Shown piece by piece: positions 53,877-63,542 of a stretch of 64,000 nucleotides of DNA. Origin of the DNA: a virus. Lineage: Duplodnaviria > Caudoviricetes. The translations under genes were made by a program, and so were the position numbers. The first letter of the stretch is position 1; each line of letters starts with the position of its first letter. Where the stretch lies: the IMG/VR virus record IMGVR_UViG_2856626968_000003, positions 1 to 64,000 of that record; one strand, 5' to 3'. The notes beneath the pieces are model-generated. The model worked only from the letters and a program-made list of their open reading frames with translations, was not told the origin of the DNA and ran no database searches.

Positions 53877-56800
53877 GTGACAGATTCGTCTGGCAGGCGG
53901 ACGAACTTCTCCCCGCCGGCGGGGAGAAGGTGAACGAAGCCGGGTCGCAGGCGCTCGGCCGCCAGCTGCTGACGGAGGCCACGGCCAGCCTCGGTGAGAT
54001 CCGGGAGAGCCAGGCCGCCAAGGGCCGGTTCCGGGCCGTGCTCATCCGCGAGGGCTGGGGAAGCTCCGGGTACTACAGCGCGGCCCTGCTCAAGCGGGAC
54101 GGGCCCCGGGTATGGGGCGCCGGCACGCAGATGTTTCTAGATCACCCCTCGCTCACCGAGGCCGAGGACCGGCCCGAGCGGTCGGTGCGCGACCTGGCCT
54201 CGGTCACCGTGACCGACCCCGTGTGGGACGAGCGCCTCAAGGGCCTGGTGGCCGAAGTCCAGGTCTTCCCCCAGTGGCGTGATTTGCTGAACGAAGAGTT
54301 CGCACGCTCGATCGGTCTGTCGATCCGGGCCACGGGCACGGTCGAGTACGGCGAGGCCGAAGGCCGCCAGGGGCCCCTGGTGACGACCCTGGAAGAGGGC
54401 CTCGCGGTCGACTGGGTGACCAAGGCCGGGGCCGGCGGCCGGGTGCTGGAGCTGATCGAGTCGGCGCGCGGCGCGCTCACCGAGGGCCGCCACTCGGCGC
54501 CGAACTGGGATGAGGACAAGCATCCGCGGGCGTCCGACGGGCGGTTCGGGCACACGGCGGGCGACCACTCCGGTGGAGGCGACTCCGGCGGTGGGCACGC
54601 GCGTGGTGGCTCCTCCGGGGGGAGCGCCGGAGGGCATCAGGGGTCCAGAAGCGGGACGAGCAGTTCGGGCTCCACGGGGGGCCGCTCAAGCGGCGATGGT
54701 TCGTCGACCGACAGCAGGACCAGCGACCGCAAGACCGGGACACGCACCTCTGAGATCAAGGCCAAGGGCGGCCGAGTCAAGGTCGCCTACAACGAAGAGG
54801 ACGGCAGTGCCACTGTTGACCTTGCAGGGTCTACAGCGCACTTCGATAACGCGGAATTCCGTTCATTCGCCCAGTCGATTGGGGCGCTCGAATACACCCC
54901 GCACGTTCCGAACTCTGACAACAGATTCCCGGTGGGCACCGACCGGCCCATATTGCCGTTCGGCATGGGGGATCAGCCTCCGCTGGGCATGGTGACACGG
55001 ACCAGTAAGACGGGTTTCGAGGTCCGCCTCCGCCCTCGCCCCAGCGCATCTGCCGATGAGTACTCCTCGCAGCCTCGTTTCTCCCTGGACAGCAAAGAGG
55101 CGACGGACATCGCCGCCGCCTTGAGTAAGCCGGAGAAAGACATTGAAGCGGAGAGGAAGCAGGCTGCTGCTGCCAAGCGGGCTGAGAACATTCGCGCGGG
55201 GCGCACCGATCCAGAAGCTGCCAAGCGCCGCGCTACTGGAAAGCAGCCCTCGGTCGGCGACTCCGACGAGCACAGCATGCCCCACACGATCGCCTCCCGG
55301 GCATTCAAATCTCCCGGAGGGAAAATCACCGTCCACCGCGAGGAGGGCGACGATTACACCCATGTCTCCGCCGAGGGCGGGCGCTCCGTCGCTTTCACCG
55401 CCGATGAGTTACGGGCGCTGAACGTAGCTGTCGGTACCGAGGAAGACGATAGCGAAGGTGGTGTCCTCGTCGACGAGCGCGGATTCCTCTTCGGCCGCGT
55501 CACCCCGGCAGGACGGAATCGCTACAACGTCGAAATTGACGGACAACCGGCGTTCACGCTGAGTGGCGGTGATGCTGAGCGTATCGACGACAACGCCCAT
55601 CTTCTGTCCCAGGCGAGGCGGTTCGACACTACCGCCGGGAAGATCGACCTCTACCCGGTGGGAGACAACAAAGTCGGCGTCCGGCACTTAGGCAATGACG
55701 GCCGTCCTGTCGAGAAGGTCTTCAACGAACGCTCACAGCGCAACATCGCTCACGGGCTGAATGCCCTCAACGAGGGCTTCGACGATGAGGATCCTGACCC
55801 GAACGCCCCAATGGAGGGTCTCACCCGGACCGTCGCCAAGACGAACAACGGCGACGTCGAGCTTGAGCTCAAGGGCCCCTGGGGCGAGAAGGACAGCCGC
55901 CTGTGGATGCTCCCTACCAAGGGCGATGACTGGGGCCTGGTCATCGACGGACCGCTCATGGACGACTTCGTGAGGTCTTGGAGTTCTGTGGTCAACGAGG
56001 CTCACATGATGCCTCGCCGTGCCGGGCTCGCGTCCCTGCAGGAGGGGGTCTCCGACAAAGCGTGGTCGGAGTTCTCACAGGCGGACTACACGATCGAGCA
56101 GTGGCGCAAGGCGTGCCTGATCGGCCCCGGCGAAGCCTCTGACAGCAAGGGCGACTATTCGCTGCCGGTCCGGGAGCCGGACGGCACGCTGAACCGGGCG
56201 GCCGCCCACGCGGCGGCCGGGCGGATCGGCCAGGTCAAGACCTCCCCGGAGGCTAAGAAGACCGCCGCGAAGAAGCTGGTCTCCCTGTACAAGGAGCTGG
56301 AGGAGGACCCGCCCGAGTCCCTGGCCACCCTGGCCGGCGACGAGAGTGATGGGGACGGCGGGAAGCCGGCGTTCCTGAAGGCCAAGGAAGCAGCGTCCGG
56401 GGCGACCATCGGCGCCTACCTGGAATCCCAGCTGCACCTGGCGTTCACCCAGCTCACCGACGGGATGTACGGGGATGGCCGTCTCACCCGGGACGAGCGC
56501 ATCGCCCTGTCGTCCGCGATCGGCGATGCGCTGAAGGCGTTCACCGCTCGGGTGGAGGCCGACGCCCCGCAGGTGTTCAAGCGCGGCCGGTACGACCCGC
56601 CCAGCGACGTCGCCGCCACCGCCATGTCCGAGGCCGACGGCATGACCGCCGGTGACCTCGCCCAGGCCCTCACCAAGGCCGTGAAGTCCGCCTACGGCGG
56701 CAAGGACATCTGGGTCTGGGTGCGCGACAACACCGACGAGTGGGTCGTGTTCTCCGTCGAGCCCGAGGGCAGCGATTCCGGGCTGTACCAGCAGACCTAC

Positions 56801-57535
56801 ACCGTCGACCCCGCAGCCCACGCAGTCACGCTCACCGGCGACCCGACCGAGGTGACCGCCACGACGACCTACACGGCCGTCCCCAACCCCACCGCGCCGC
56901 CGCCCAAGGCGGTCGTGGAAACCGCTCCGGGCACCGAGCCCACCCCCACCAAGAAGATCAAGGAGAGCGAGATGCCCGAGCTCACCGATGAGCAGGCGCA
57001 GCAGCTGGCCGAAGCCGCCACTCTGAGCACCAAGCTGGAAGAGGCCATGGGCCTGCTCGGCACGGCCACCACCCAGATCCAGTCCCTGAACGGGCAGGTC
57101 CAGTCCCTCACCGAGCGGGCCGACGCCGCGGACGCGCGCGCGGACGCCTCCGACGCCGAGGCCCGGCGGCTGCGGAACGACAAGGCGGCGCGCGCTGCGG
57201 TGGCCGAGGCGCTGAAGGAGAGCACGCTGCCGGCGCGGTCCCACGCCCGGGTCACTGAGGCGGTGTGCCGCACCCTTCCCACGCTCGAGGGCGGCGAGCT
57301 GGACACTGCGGCGCTGGCCGAGTCCATCACCGCGGCGACCGACGCCGAAGGCAGCTACGCGGCGGGGCTGCTGGAGGACAGCGGCGCCGGCCGGGTCTGG
57401 GGCCTGGGCGAGTCCCGCGAGCCCGAGCCTGTCTCGCAGATCGCCCCGGCGCAGCTCGACAAGCTGACGGCGCTCTACGAGGCGCGCGGCCTGACCCCCG
57501 AAGCGGCCCGCCTCGCAGCGGCCGGCCGCCCCTGA
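53873..57535 (+). CDS. Prohead protease/scaffold protein with a large internal insertion
   Basis: GWGSSGYYS, MFLDHP, RSVRDL, IGLSIRA, VDWVTKAGAGG N-terminal domain; coiled-coil C-terminus; lies between portal/MuF and capsid. Confidence 0.8.
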   Translation: MSDRFVWQADELLPAGGEKVNEAGSQALGRQLLTEATASLGEIRESQAAKGRFRAVLIREGWGSSGYYSAALLKRDGPRVWGAGTQMFLDHPSLTEAEDRPERSVRDLASVTVTDPVWDERLKGLVAEVQVFPQWRDLLNEEFARSIGLSIRATGTVEYGEAEGRQGPLVTTLEEGLAVDWVTKAGAGGRVLELIESARGALTEGRHSAPNWDEDKHPRASDGRFGHTAGDHSGGGDSGGGHARGGSSGGSAGGHQGSRSGTSSSGSTGGRSSGDGSSTDSRTSDRKTGTRTSEIKAKGGRVKVAYNEEDGSATVDLAGSTAHFDNAEFRSFAQSIGALEYTPHVPNSDNRFPVGTDRPILPFGMGDQPPLGMVTRTSKTGFEVRLRPRPSASADEYSSQPRFSLDSKEATDIAAALSKPEKDIEAERKQAAAAKRAENIRAGRTDPEAAKRRATGKQPSVGDSDEHSMPHTIASRAFKSPGGKITVHREEGDDYTHVSAEGGRSVAFTADELRALNVAVGTEEDDSEGGVLVDERGFLFGRVTPAGRNRYNVEIDGQPAFTLSGGDAERIDDNAHLLSQARRFDTTAGKIDLYPVGDNKVGVRHLGNDGRPVEKVFNERSQRNIAHGLNALNEGFDDEDPDPNAPMEGLTRTVAKTNNGDVELELKGPWGEKDSRLWMLPTKGDDWGLVIDGPLMDDFVRSWSSVVNEAHMMPRRAGLASLQEGVSDKAWSEFSQADYTIEQWRKACLIGPGEASDSKGDYSLPVREPDGTLNRAAAHAAAGRIGQVKTSPEAKKTAAKKLVSLYKELEEDPPESLATLAGDESDGDGGKPAFLKAKEAASGATIGAYLESQLHLAFTQLTDGMYGDGRLTRDERIALSSAIGDALKAFTARVEADAPQVFKRGRYDPPSDVAATAMSEADGMTAGDLAQALTKAVKSAYGGKDIWVWVRDNTDEWVVFSVEPEGSDSGLYQQTYTVDPAAHAVTLTGDPTEVTATTTYTAVPNPTAPPPKAVVETAPGTEPTPTKKIKESEMPELTDEQAQQLAEAATLSTKLEEAMGLLGTATTQIQSLNGQVQSLTERADAADARADASDAEARRLRNDKAARAAVAEALKESTLPARSHARVTEAVCRTLPTLEGGELDTAALAESITAATDAEGSYAAGLLEDSGAGRVWGLGESREPEPVSQIAPAQLDKLTALYEARGLTPEAARLAAAGRP

Positions 57536-57557
57536 GCTCTGAAAGGAAACCACCTCG

Positions 57558-57902
57558 ATGGCGACCAACATTCTGTTCGAGCAGGGCGACCAGCTCGATG
57601 TCGTCTGCTCCGCGCCGGCCACCCCCGAGTCCGGCCAGCCGGTCCTGGTGGGCCAGCTCCCCGGCGTCGCGCTCACCGACGAGCGCGCGGACGGCAAGAC
57701 CACGGTCAAGTTCAACGGGGTCGCCGAGCTCGACGTCAAGGGCGAGACGACCACCAACGCCGCCGTCAGCGCCGGCGACATCCTCTACTACGACTCGGGT
57801 GTGATCAACCGCGACAGCACCAACGGCGTGCGGTTCGGCTACGCCCTGGCCCCTGTCAACAGCGGCGCCACCAACAAGATCCCCGTGAAGATCGGCTATT
57901 GA
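57558..57902 (+). CDS. DUF2190-like capsid cement/decoration protein
   Basis: SGQPVLVGQLPGVALTD...GDILYY...FGYAL. Confidence 0.8.
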   Translation: MATNILFEQGDQLDVVCSAPATPESGQPVLVGQLPGVALTDERADGKTTVKFNGVAELDVKGETTTNAAVSAGDILYYDSGVINRDSTNGVRFGYALAPVNSGATNKIPVKIGY

Positions 57903-58008
57903 CCTCGCCGTTGATCAGCTAAGGCTGAGCACATTTCGGATTATCGCGCTGCATCAAGCGCATTTCCTACCCGCCTGAGGCGGGGTTCTCCACGTTCAAG
58001 GAGATTTG

Positions 58009-59163
58009 ATGACCGCTACCCTGTTCGAATCCGGCGTCACTCGACTGGACGCCGAGAACGCCGCCATCCAGGAGATGTTCGGGGGGATGCGACGGGTTTC
58101 CACCGGTGCCCGGCGCAACACCGATCAGTTCACCGAGCGTCTGGTGCAGTTCGAGACGTTCATGGACGGTATCCGGACCGGCCGTCGCCGGCTGGCGCAC
58201 TTCGCCGAGGCGATGTCCAGCTCGGACTTCCCGCTGCTGTTCGACGTCTCCCTCGACCGCCAGCTCTACGCCGCGTACGCGGCGATCACGCCGACCTGGC
58301 AGAACTACGCCCGGGCCTCGACCGTGAACAACTTCCTGAAGGTCCAGCGGTACGCGACCAGCGGTATCCGCGGCCTGCTGCAGAAGGTCGGCGAGCTCGC
58401 CGAGTTCGAGCGACGCTCCCAGACCGAGACCATGTACGAGTACAGCGTGCACAAGTACGAGGCCGGGTTCGCGGTCTCGTGGGAAACCATGATGAACGAC
58501 GACCTGGGGGCGTTCCTGCGGCTGCCCCAGGACCTGGCGCAGTCCGCCGTCGACAGCGAAGAGGCGTTCGTCACCCAGTTGTTCTGCGACGCCAGCGGCC
58601 CGCACGCCTCGCACTACACCGTCGGCAACGCCAACATCATCACCGGGAACCCCGGGCTGGACCGCGACAGCCTGCAGGCGGCCATCACCCAGCTGATGCA
58701 GCGGAAGGACGAGAGGGGTAACCCGATCGTCGTCAAGGGCGTGCGCCTGGTCGTGGGCACCGGCCTGGCGCTGACCGCGCAGGAGATCATCAACACGACC
58801 GAGTACCGCGTGGTGGACGCGAATGGCAACGTCCGGGTGATCCAGGGCAACGGCGTCGCGTCGAACCTCGGCATCGACGTCAACTACTGGATCGACAGCA
58901 TCGCTACCACGGCCAACGCCAGCACCTCCTGGTGGATCTTCGCCGACCCCAACGGTGTGCGGCCAGCGCTGGAGTTCGGCCGGCTCAGGGGCCACGAGGC
59001 GCCGGCCTTGTACGAGAAGATCCCGGACATGCGGCGCATCGGCGGCGGCGAGGAGCCCTACAGCTTCGACACCGAGTCGGCGGAAAAGAAGGTCAGGCAC
59101 GTTTACGGCGGAACTTTCGTCGACGCGCGCATGACCCTGGCGAGCAACGGCACGGGCTCCTGA
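58009..59163 (+). CDS. Major capsid protein (Mu gpT-like)
   Basis: EAMSSSDFPLL, KYEAGFAVSWETMMNDDLGAF, KVRHVYGG; position. Confidence 0.88.
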   Translation: MTATLFESGVTRLDAENAAIQEMFGGMRRVSTGARRNTDQFTERLVQFETFMDGIRTGRRRLAHFAEAMSSSDFPLLFDVSLDRQLYAAYAAITPTWQNYARASTVNNFLKVQRYATSGIRGLLQKVGELAEFERRSQTETMYEYSVHKYEAGFAVSWETMMNDDLGAFLRLPQDLAQSAVDSEEAFVTQLFCDASGPHASHYTVGNANIITGNPGLDRDSLQAAITQLMQRKDERGNPIVVKGVRLVVGTGLALTAQEIINTTEYRVVDANGNVRVIQGNGVASNLGIDVNYWIDSIATTANASTSWWIFADPNGVRPALEFGRLRGHEAPALYEKIPDMRRIGGGEEPYSFDTESAEKKVRHVYGGTFVDARMTLASNGTGS

Positions 59164-59166
59164 CCG

Positions 59167-59502
59167 GTGGCTCTCCCTCCGGATCTCGACCTCGACGGAC
59201 GCGACAAACCGATCCAGCGCGAGCAGAGGCTCATGGCGGCCATGTGCCGCATGCTCGGCGAGATCGGCGACCAGCTCACCCTGATCCTGGACCGGCTCCC
59301 GGCGGCCCCTCAGCAGCCGGGAGCCGACTGCCGCGCGGTGGAGCTCCGGGAGCCGGTCATTCCGCCAGCCGCCCCCGCCCCCGCTCCGACGGCGGCCGCC
59401 GAGCCGCAGCCCGCGGCCAGGGCACGGCCGCGTAAGACCCCCGCCAAGGCCACCCGCGCCCGGGCGGCCGTCAAGAAGGAGGAGCCCGATGCCAACGGGT
59501 AG
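59167..59502 (+). CDS. Hypothetical virion-module protein
   Basis: Follows the capsid gene; Pro/Ala-rich tail. Confidence 0.6.
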   Translation: MALPPDLDLDGRDKPIQREQRLMAAMCRMLGEIGDQLTLILDRLPAAPQQPGADCRAVELREPVIPPAAPAPAPTAAAEPQPAARARPRKTPAKATRARAAVKKEEPDANG

Positions 59503-59800
59503 GAGGAGGGCCGCCTACTACGGCGACAAGCCTCAGGAGATCACCATCCTGACCGGCACCGCGACACTCGATTTCCCCTCCATCGCCGCTGGGACCACCG
59601 CCGAGCTGACCATCACGGTGACCGGCGCCGTGGTGGGCAACCCGGTGGCGCTCGCCCCGCCGGCGACGCTCACCGCCGGGCTGATCGCCTCGGGCCGAGT
59701 GACCGCCGCCAACACCGTGACCGTGCGGATGGCCAACGTCACCTCCGGCGCGATCGACCCCGCCTCGGCCACGTGGGGCGCCGCAGTCATCCAGACCTGA
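59489..59800 (+). CDS. Head fiber/decoration-like protein
   Basis: LDFPSIAAG...TVTGAVVG...AANTVTVR...IDPASAT. Confidence 0.65.
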   Translation: MPTGRRRAAYYGDKPQEITILTGTATLDFPSIAAGTTAELTITVTGAVVGNPVALAPPATLTAGLIASGRVTAANTVTVRMANVTSGAIDPASATWGAAVIQT

Positions 59801-59813
59801 CCCGGGGCCCGCC

Positions 59814-60179
59814 ATGGCGATCGATTTCGAGACCGACGTCGGCGCCGTCCGGCTGCTCATCCCCGACGTCGACACCGAGAACATGTTCTTCATCGACCCG
59901 GCGATCGAGGCGTTCCTCCGGATGAGCGGCGGCAACGTCCGCCTGGCCACCGCCCAAGCCCTGGACGTCATCGCCTCATCCGAGGCGATGATCTCCAAGA
60001 AGCTCACGATCGACGGCCGCTCCACCGATGGCCCGGCCGTGGCCGCCGAACTGCGCGCCCGCGCGACCGAGCTGCGCCGCCAGGTCGACGCCGGCGAGGG
60101 CGACGACACGATCGGGTTCGACGTGCTCGACTTCGACCCCTGGCGTGGCTACCGCGGCTACAACCCCGATCTGTTCTAG
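59814..60179 (+). CDS. Head-to-tail adaptor
   Basis: VGAVRLLIPD...ASSEAMISK...TDGPAVAAELR. Confidence 0.8.
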   Translation: MAIDFETDVGAVRLLIPDVDTENMFFIDPAIEAFLRMSGGNVRLATAQALDVIASSEAMISKKLTIDGRSTDGPAVAAELRARATELRRQVDAGEGDDTIGFDVLDFDPWRGYRGYNPDLF

Positions 60180-60188
60180 CCGGGGGAG

Positions 60189-60635
60189 GTGGCCCAGGTG
60201 CCGCTCGGAGGGCACACCCCGATCCATCCCCGCTGGTCGCAGCACCACCGGCCGGTGGCCATCGGCACTCAGACCGGACGGTGCCGTATCACTCGGCGCA
60301 CCGGCAGCACCGGCACCCTGGACGATAACCTGGTCTGGCACCCCGGGACGACCCGCATCACGATCTACGCCGGGACCTGCCACATCGCGCCGCCCGCACC
60401 CGTCACGTACACGACCCCCGGCGAGCGCCGCACCGGCACCACCGACTACCAGGTTGCGATCGCCTGGGACGCCCCCGAGATCCTCGACGGCGACGACGTC
60501 GAGGTCCTGGACGCCGAAGACCCCGAACTGGTCGGCCGGCACCTGCGGGTGACCGGCCCGCTCGGCGACGGCGGCACCCAGCAGTGGGAGCGGCTGCTGA
60601 CCTGCGTGCAGGACACAACCAGCCGGGAGCGGTGA
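60189..60635 (+). CDS. Head closure protein (DUF6093-like)
   Basis: CRITR...IYAGTCHI...DPELVGR; position. Confidence 0.75.
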   Translation: MAQVPLGGHTPIHPRWSQHHRPVAIGTQTGRCRITRRTGSTGTLDDNLVWHPGTTRITIYAGTCHIAPPAPVTYTTPGERRTGTTDYQVAIAWDAPEILDGDDVEVLDAEDPELVGRHLRVTGPLGDGGTQQWERLLTCVQDTTSRER

Positions 60636-61066
60636 TGGCGGAGTTCGAGTACGACGAGGTCATCCTCCACATCAAGCGGATCGAGAAGGCCACCGCCGAG
60701 GTGCTGGTCAAGAGCCACCTGACCGTGGAGAAGACCGGGCACAACACCGTCGCCTACGCCCAGAACCTGGCGCCCGTCGACACCGGCAACCTACGCGCCT
60801 CGATCGGCGTGGACTTCGACGACGACGGCCTGGGGTTCGAGGCCGGCCCGACAGCCGAGTACGGCGATACGGTCGAGTACGGCGGGCGGCCGCACGTGAT
60901 CAGGCCCCGGGAGAAGAAGGCCTTGTCCTGGCCGGATGCCGAGCACCCGGTGAAGAAGGTCAACCACCCGGGGACGGCGCCGCAGCCGTACATGCGGCCC
61001 GGGTTCGACCGAGCGACGCGCGAGTTCGACACGGCGATCGACGCGATCGTGCGGGACGCGTTCTGA
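60635..61066 (+). CDS. HK97 gp10-like neck protein
   Basis: APVDTGNLRASI, VEYG, HPGTAPQPYMRP. Confidence 0.88.
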   Translation: MAEFEYDEVILHIKRIEKATAEVLVKSHLTVEKTGHNTVAYAQNLAPVDTGNLRASIGVDFDDDGLGFEAGPTAEYGDTVEYGGRPHVIRPREKKALSWPDAEHPVKKVNHPGTAPQPYMRPGFDRATREFDTAIDAIVRDAF

Positions 61067-61506
61067 TGGCGGTCAGCGCCGCGGCGCCGGCCGCGCCGCA
61101 CACCGCTGCCTTCACTACCGCGCTGGTCGCCGAGGATCTCGCCGTCGACGTCGGCGTCGCCCCTGAGGGGGCTGGCTGGCAGGGCGAGCCCGGCCAATCG
61201 GCCTTCGTGCCGTACATCGTCCTGTTTCCCTCGCCGGGCAGCACCGACGGCGACCTCGGCGACCCCAACGCCTATCTCGACTATGAGACGCAGGCCACGG
61301 TCGTCGGTGCGACCGCCGGCCAGGTCGAGCAGGTCATGGACAAGGTCAAGGCCGCGCTGGTCGGCCGACAGCTCGCGGTGGCCGGCCGCAATTCCTACCG
61401 CGTGCAGCTCGGCGAGGGCGGCCGGCCGATCACGCGCGACGACACCGTGCAGCCGCCGGAGTACTACGCCAGCGCGCTGTTCAGGCTGCGCACCGGCCCC
61501 GCCTGA
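61066..61506 (+). CDS. Tail terminator-like protein
   Basis: PYIVLFP...QATVVG...RDDTVQPP; position. Confidence 0.7.
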   Translation: MAVSAAAPAAPHTAAFTTALVAEDLAVDVGVAPEGAGWQGEPGQSAFVPYIVLFPSPGSTDGDLGDPNAYLDYETQATVVGATAGQVEQVMDKVKAALVGRQLAVAGRNSYRVQLGEGGRPITRDDTVQPPEYYASALFRLRTGPA

Positions 61507-61575
61507 TCCCCAACCTCTACTCAGCCCGGCACCCGTTCGTGCACGGGCTCTGACGCATGCCTGGAGGAGCCCCTC

Positions 61576-61905
61576 GTGGCGACATACGCCATCCAGAGTC
61601 CGAGCCCGAATGGAGTGGCGCTCAGCTTCCGCTCCGCGGCCTCGGGCGACAAGATCAGCGGCCTTCGCGCCAAGCCCGGCCGCATCCTCGTCAACAACGC
61701 CTCGGGCGGGTCGGTGAACCTCACCTTTTCGCCGCCCGGCAGCACCGGCTACGGCGTCACCAACCCGACCAAGGTCGTGCCCTGCGCCGCCGGCGCGATC
61801 ACCGAGATCACGCTGCTGCTGGAGTACCGGGACGCCACCGACGGGTACAACATCGCGCTCGCCTGGTCGGCGACGAGCAGCGTGACCTGGGCGGCGGTCC
61901 GCTGA
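61576..61905 (+). CDS. Hypothetical virion protein
   Basis: GGAGG RBS; beta-rich. Confidence 0.65.
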   Translation: MATYAIQSPSPNGVALSFRSAASGDKISGLRAKPGRILVNNASGGSVNLTFSPPGSTGYGVTNPTKVVPCAAGAITEITLLLEYRDATDGYNIALAWSATSSVTWAAVR

Positions 61906-62141
61906 TGGCGCGCCGCATGATCCCGGTCCGCAACAAGGAGACCGGCGTCACCGCGCTGGTGTCCGAGCGTGCCTGGCCGCTGTTCGCCGCATCCCACGAG
62001 CGGCTCGACCAGGACAACTCCGCCGACGCGGCCCCGGATGACCCCGGCGCGCCGCCGGCCTCGGAGGCGTCTTCGCCTGCTCCGCAGGCCACCACCCACA
62101 AGCCCCAGCGCCGCGGTGCGGCCTCTGACAGCAAGGAGTAG
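61905..62141 (+). CDS. Small hypothetical protein
   Basis: TGATG coupling. Confidence 0.6.
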   Translation: MARRMIPVRNKETGVTALVSERAWPLFAASHERLDQDNSADAAPDDPGAPPASEASSPAPQATTHKPQRRGAASDSKE

Positions 62142-62143
62142 CC

Positions 62144-62635
62144 ATGCCGGTCGGTGCAGACCTTCTCGGCGACGGCAACGTCAAGGTGACCTTCGTCCTG
62201 ACGATCGCCGACATCGACAACCCCACCGCCGGTGAGCTGAACGCCGGTGTGGACCTGCAGGAGCACATCACCAAGCAGGGCCTGGACATCCAGCCCGACC
62301 AGGCGTCGGTGGACAACACCGCGCTCGCGTCGCGTACCGAGACCGAGGACGCCGGCACGGTGTCCTACAAGATCGAGGTCACCGCCAAGCGGAAGCAGGT
62401 CGCGCTCCAGGACATCGCCTGGAACACCCTGACCGACGGCCAGCTGGGTTACCTCGCGGTGCGACGGAATCTGCCGCACGAGACGGCCTGGGCCGCCGGG
62501 CAGGACGCCGAGGTGCACCCGGTGCGCTGCGGCCGCCCGAACATGCAGCCGCCTGAGCTGAACACCGCCCAGCAGTTCAAGAGCAAGCTGTTCAACCACT
62601 CAGAGTCCGCGCCGGCGGCTGTGGTGGCAGCCTGA
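62144..62635 (+). CDS. Major tail tube protein
   Basis: DGNVKVTFV...PTAGELNAGVDL...GYLAVRR...VHPVRCG. Confidence 0.85.
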   Translation: MPVGADLLGDGNVKVTFVLTIADIDNPTAGELNAGVDLQEHITKQGLDIQPDQASVDNTALASRTETEDAGTVSYKIEVTAKRKQVALQDIAWNTLTDGQLGYLAVRRNLPHETAWAAGQDAEVHPVRCGRPNMQPPELNTAQQFKSKLFNHSESAPAAVVAA

Positions 62636-63171
62636 TGGAACTGAAGATCGACGACATTCTCGGGCAGATTCAGCTGCCGCAGAAGTCCGTTCCCTTGTGC
62701 CTGCGCGCCGACCTGCAGGCCCGTTTCGACAGCCTCGAGCGGGAGCTGCGCGCGGCCCAGCGCGCTCCTGAGCAGGACTCCCTGGCCGGTATGGGCGCGG
62801 CCGCGCGGGAGATCGCCACCCAGATCGAGGCGACCCGCGCGGAGATGCAGCGGCACACCGTGGAGTTCCGGCTCCAGGCTCTGCCGCAGAAGCAGTGGTC
62901 GGACCTGCTGAAGAAGCACCCGCCGCGTAAGGGCAACAAGGACGACGACATGGCCGATTACAACGTCGGGACCTTTCCGGTCGCGGCGCTGGCGGCGTGC
63001 TCGGTGTCGCCCGAGATGACCGAGGAGGACGCCGGGCGGCTGGTTGACGCGATCACCAACGGCCAGTGGGCCCGGCTGAACATGGCGCTCGGCGAGCTGA
63101 ACAACGGCGGTGCGGAGGTCCCTTTCTCCGCCGCCGCATCCGCGCTGGCGGGCGGCACGCAGACGAGTTAG
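62635..63171 (+). CDS. Tail assembly chaperone (short form)
   Basis: Follows the tail tube gene; WSDLLKKHPPR; ends with VPFS. Confidence 0.8.
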   Translation: MELKIDDILGQIQLPQKSVPLCLRADLQARFDSLERELRAAQRAPEQDSLAGMGAAAREIATQIEATRAEMQRHTVEFRLQALPQKQWSDLLKKHPPRKGNKDDDMADYNVGTFPVAALAACSVSPEMTEEDAGRLVDAITNGQWARLNMALGELNNGGAEVPFSAAASALAGGTQTS

Positions 63172-63542
63172 CGCTGGCTGCCTACTACCGGGTCCCGCGC
63201 TCGCGGCTGCTGGGCCGGGAGCCGGTAGAGACGACTACCTATCACTACGACCGGAGCGGGCGTCTCACCCACACGGTGACCGTCCGCGAGCCGGAGTGGC
63301 TGGAGGACGACCTGGCCTGGGCCCTGGCTTGGAAGCATGAGCAGGACTGCAAGTGCCCCGGGTGCAAGCTGCCGCTGGATGAGACGACCGACCCGGCCAA
63401 CAACGGCCTGTATGAGGTTCCGCTGCCAGTGCGGTGCTTCGCGTGCACGCCGCTGGCCAAGGCGCACGCCGACTATGCCGAGTCCGACCCGGGGCTGCTG
63501 CTCCATGCCGAGCGCGTCGACGATGACCCGCCCGTTATCTGA
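63120..63542 (+). CDS. Tail assembly chaperone -1 frameshift extension
   Basis: In-phase slippery heptamer C CCT TTC at 63120-63126; the -1 frame is open to 63542. Confidence 0.7.
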   Translation, partial: PFLRRRIRAGGRHADELALAAYYRVPRSRLLGREPVETTTYHYDRSGRLTHTVTVREPEWLEDDLAWALAWKHEQDCKCPGCKLPLDETTDPANNGLYEVPLPVRCFACTPLAKAHADYAESDPGLLLHAERVDDDPPVI

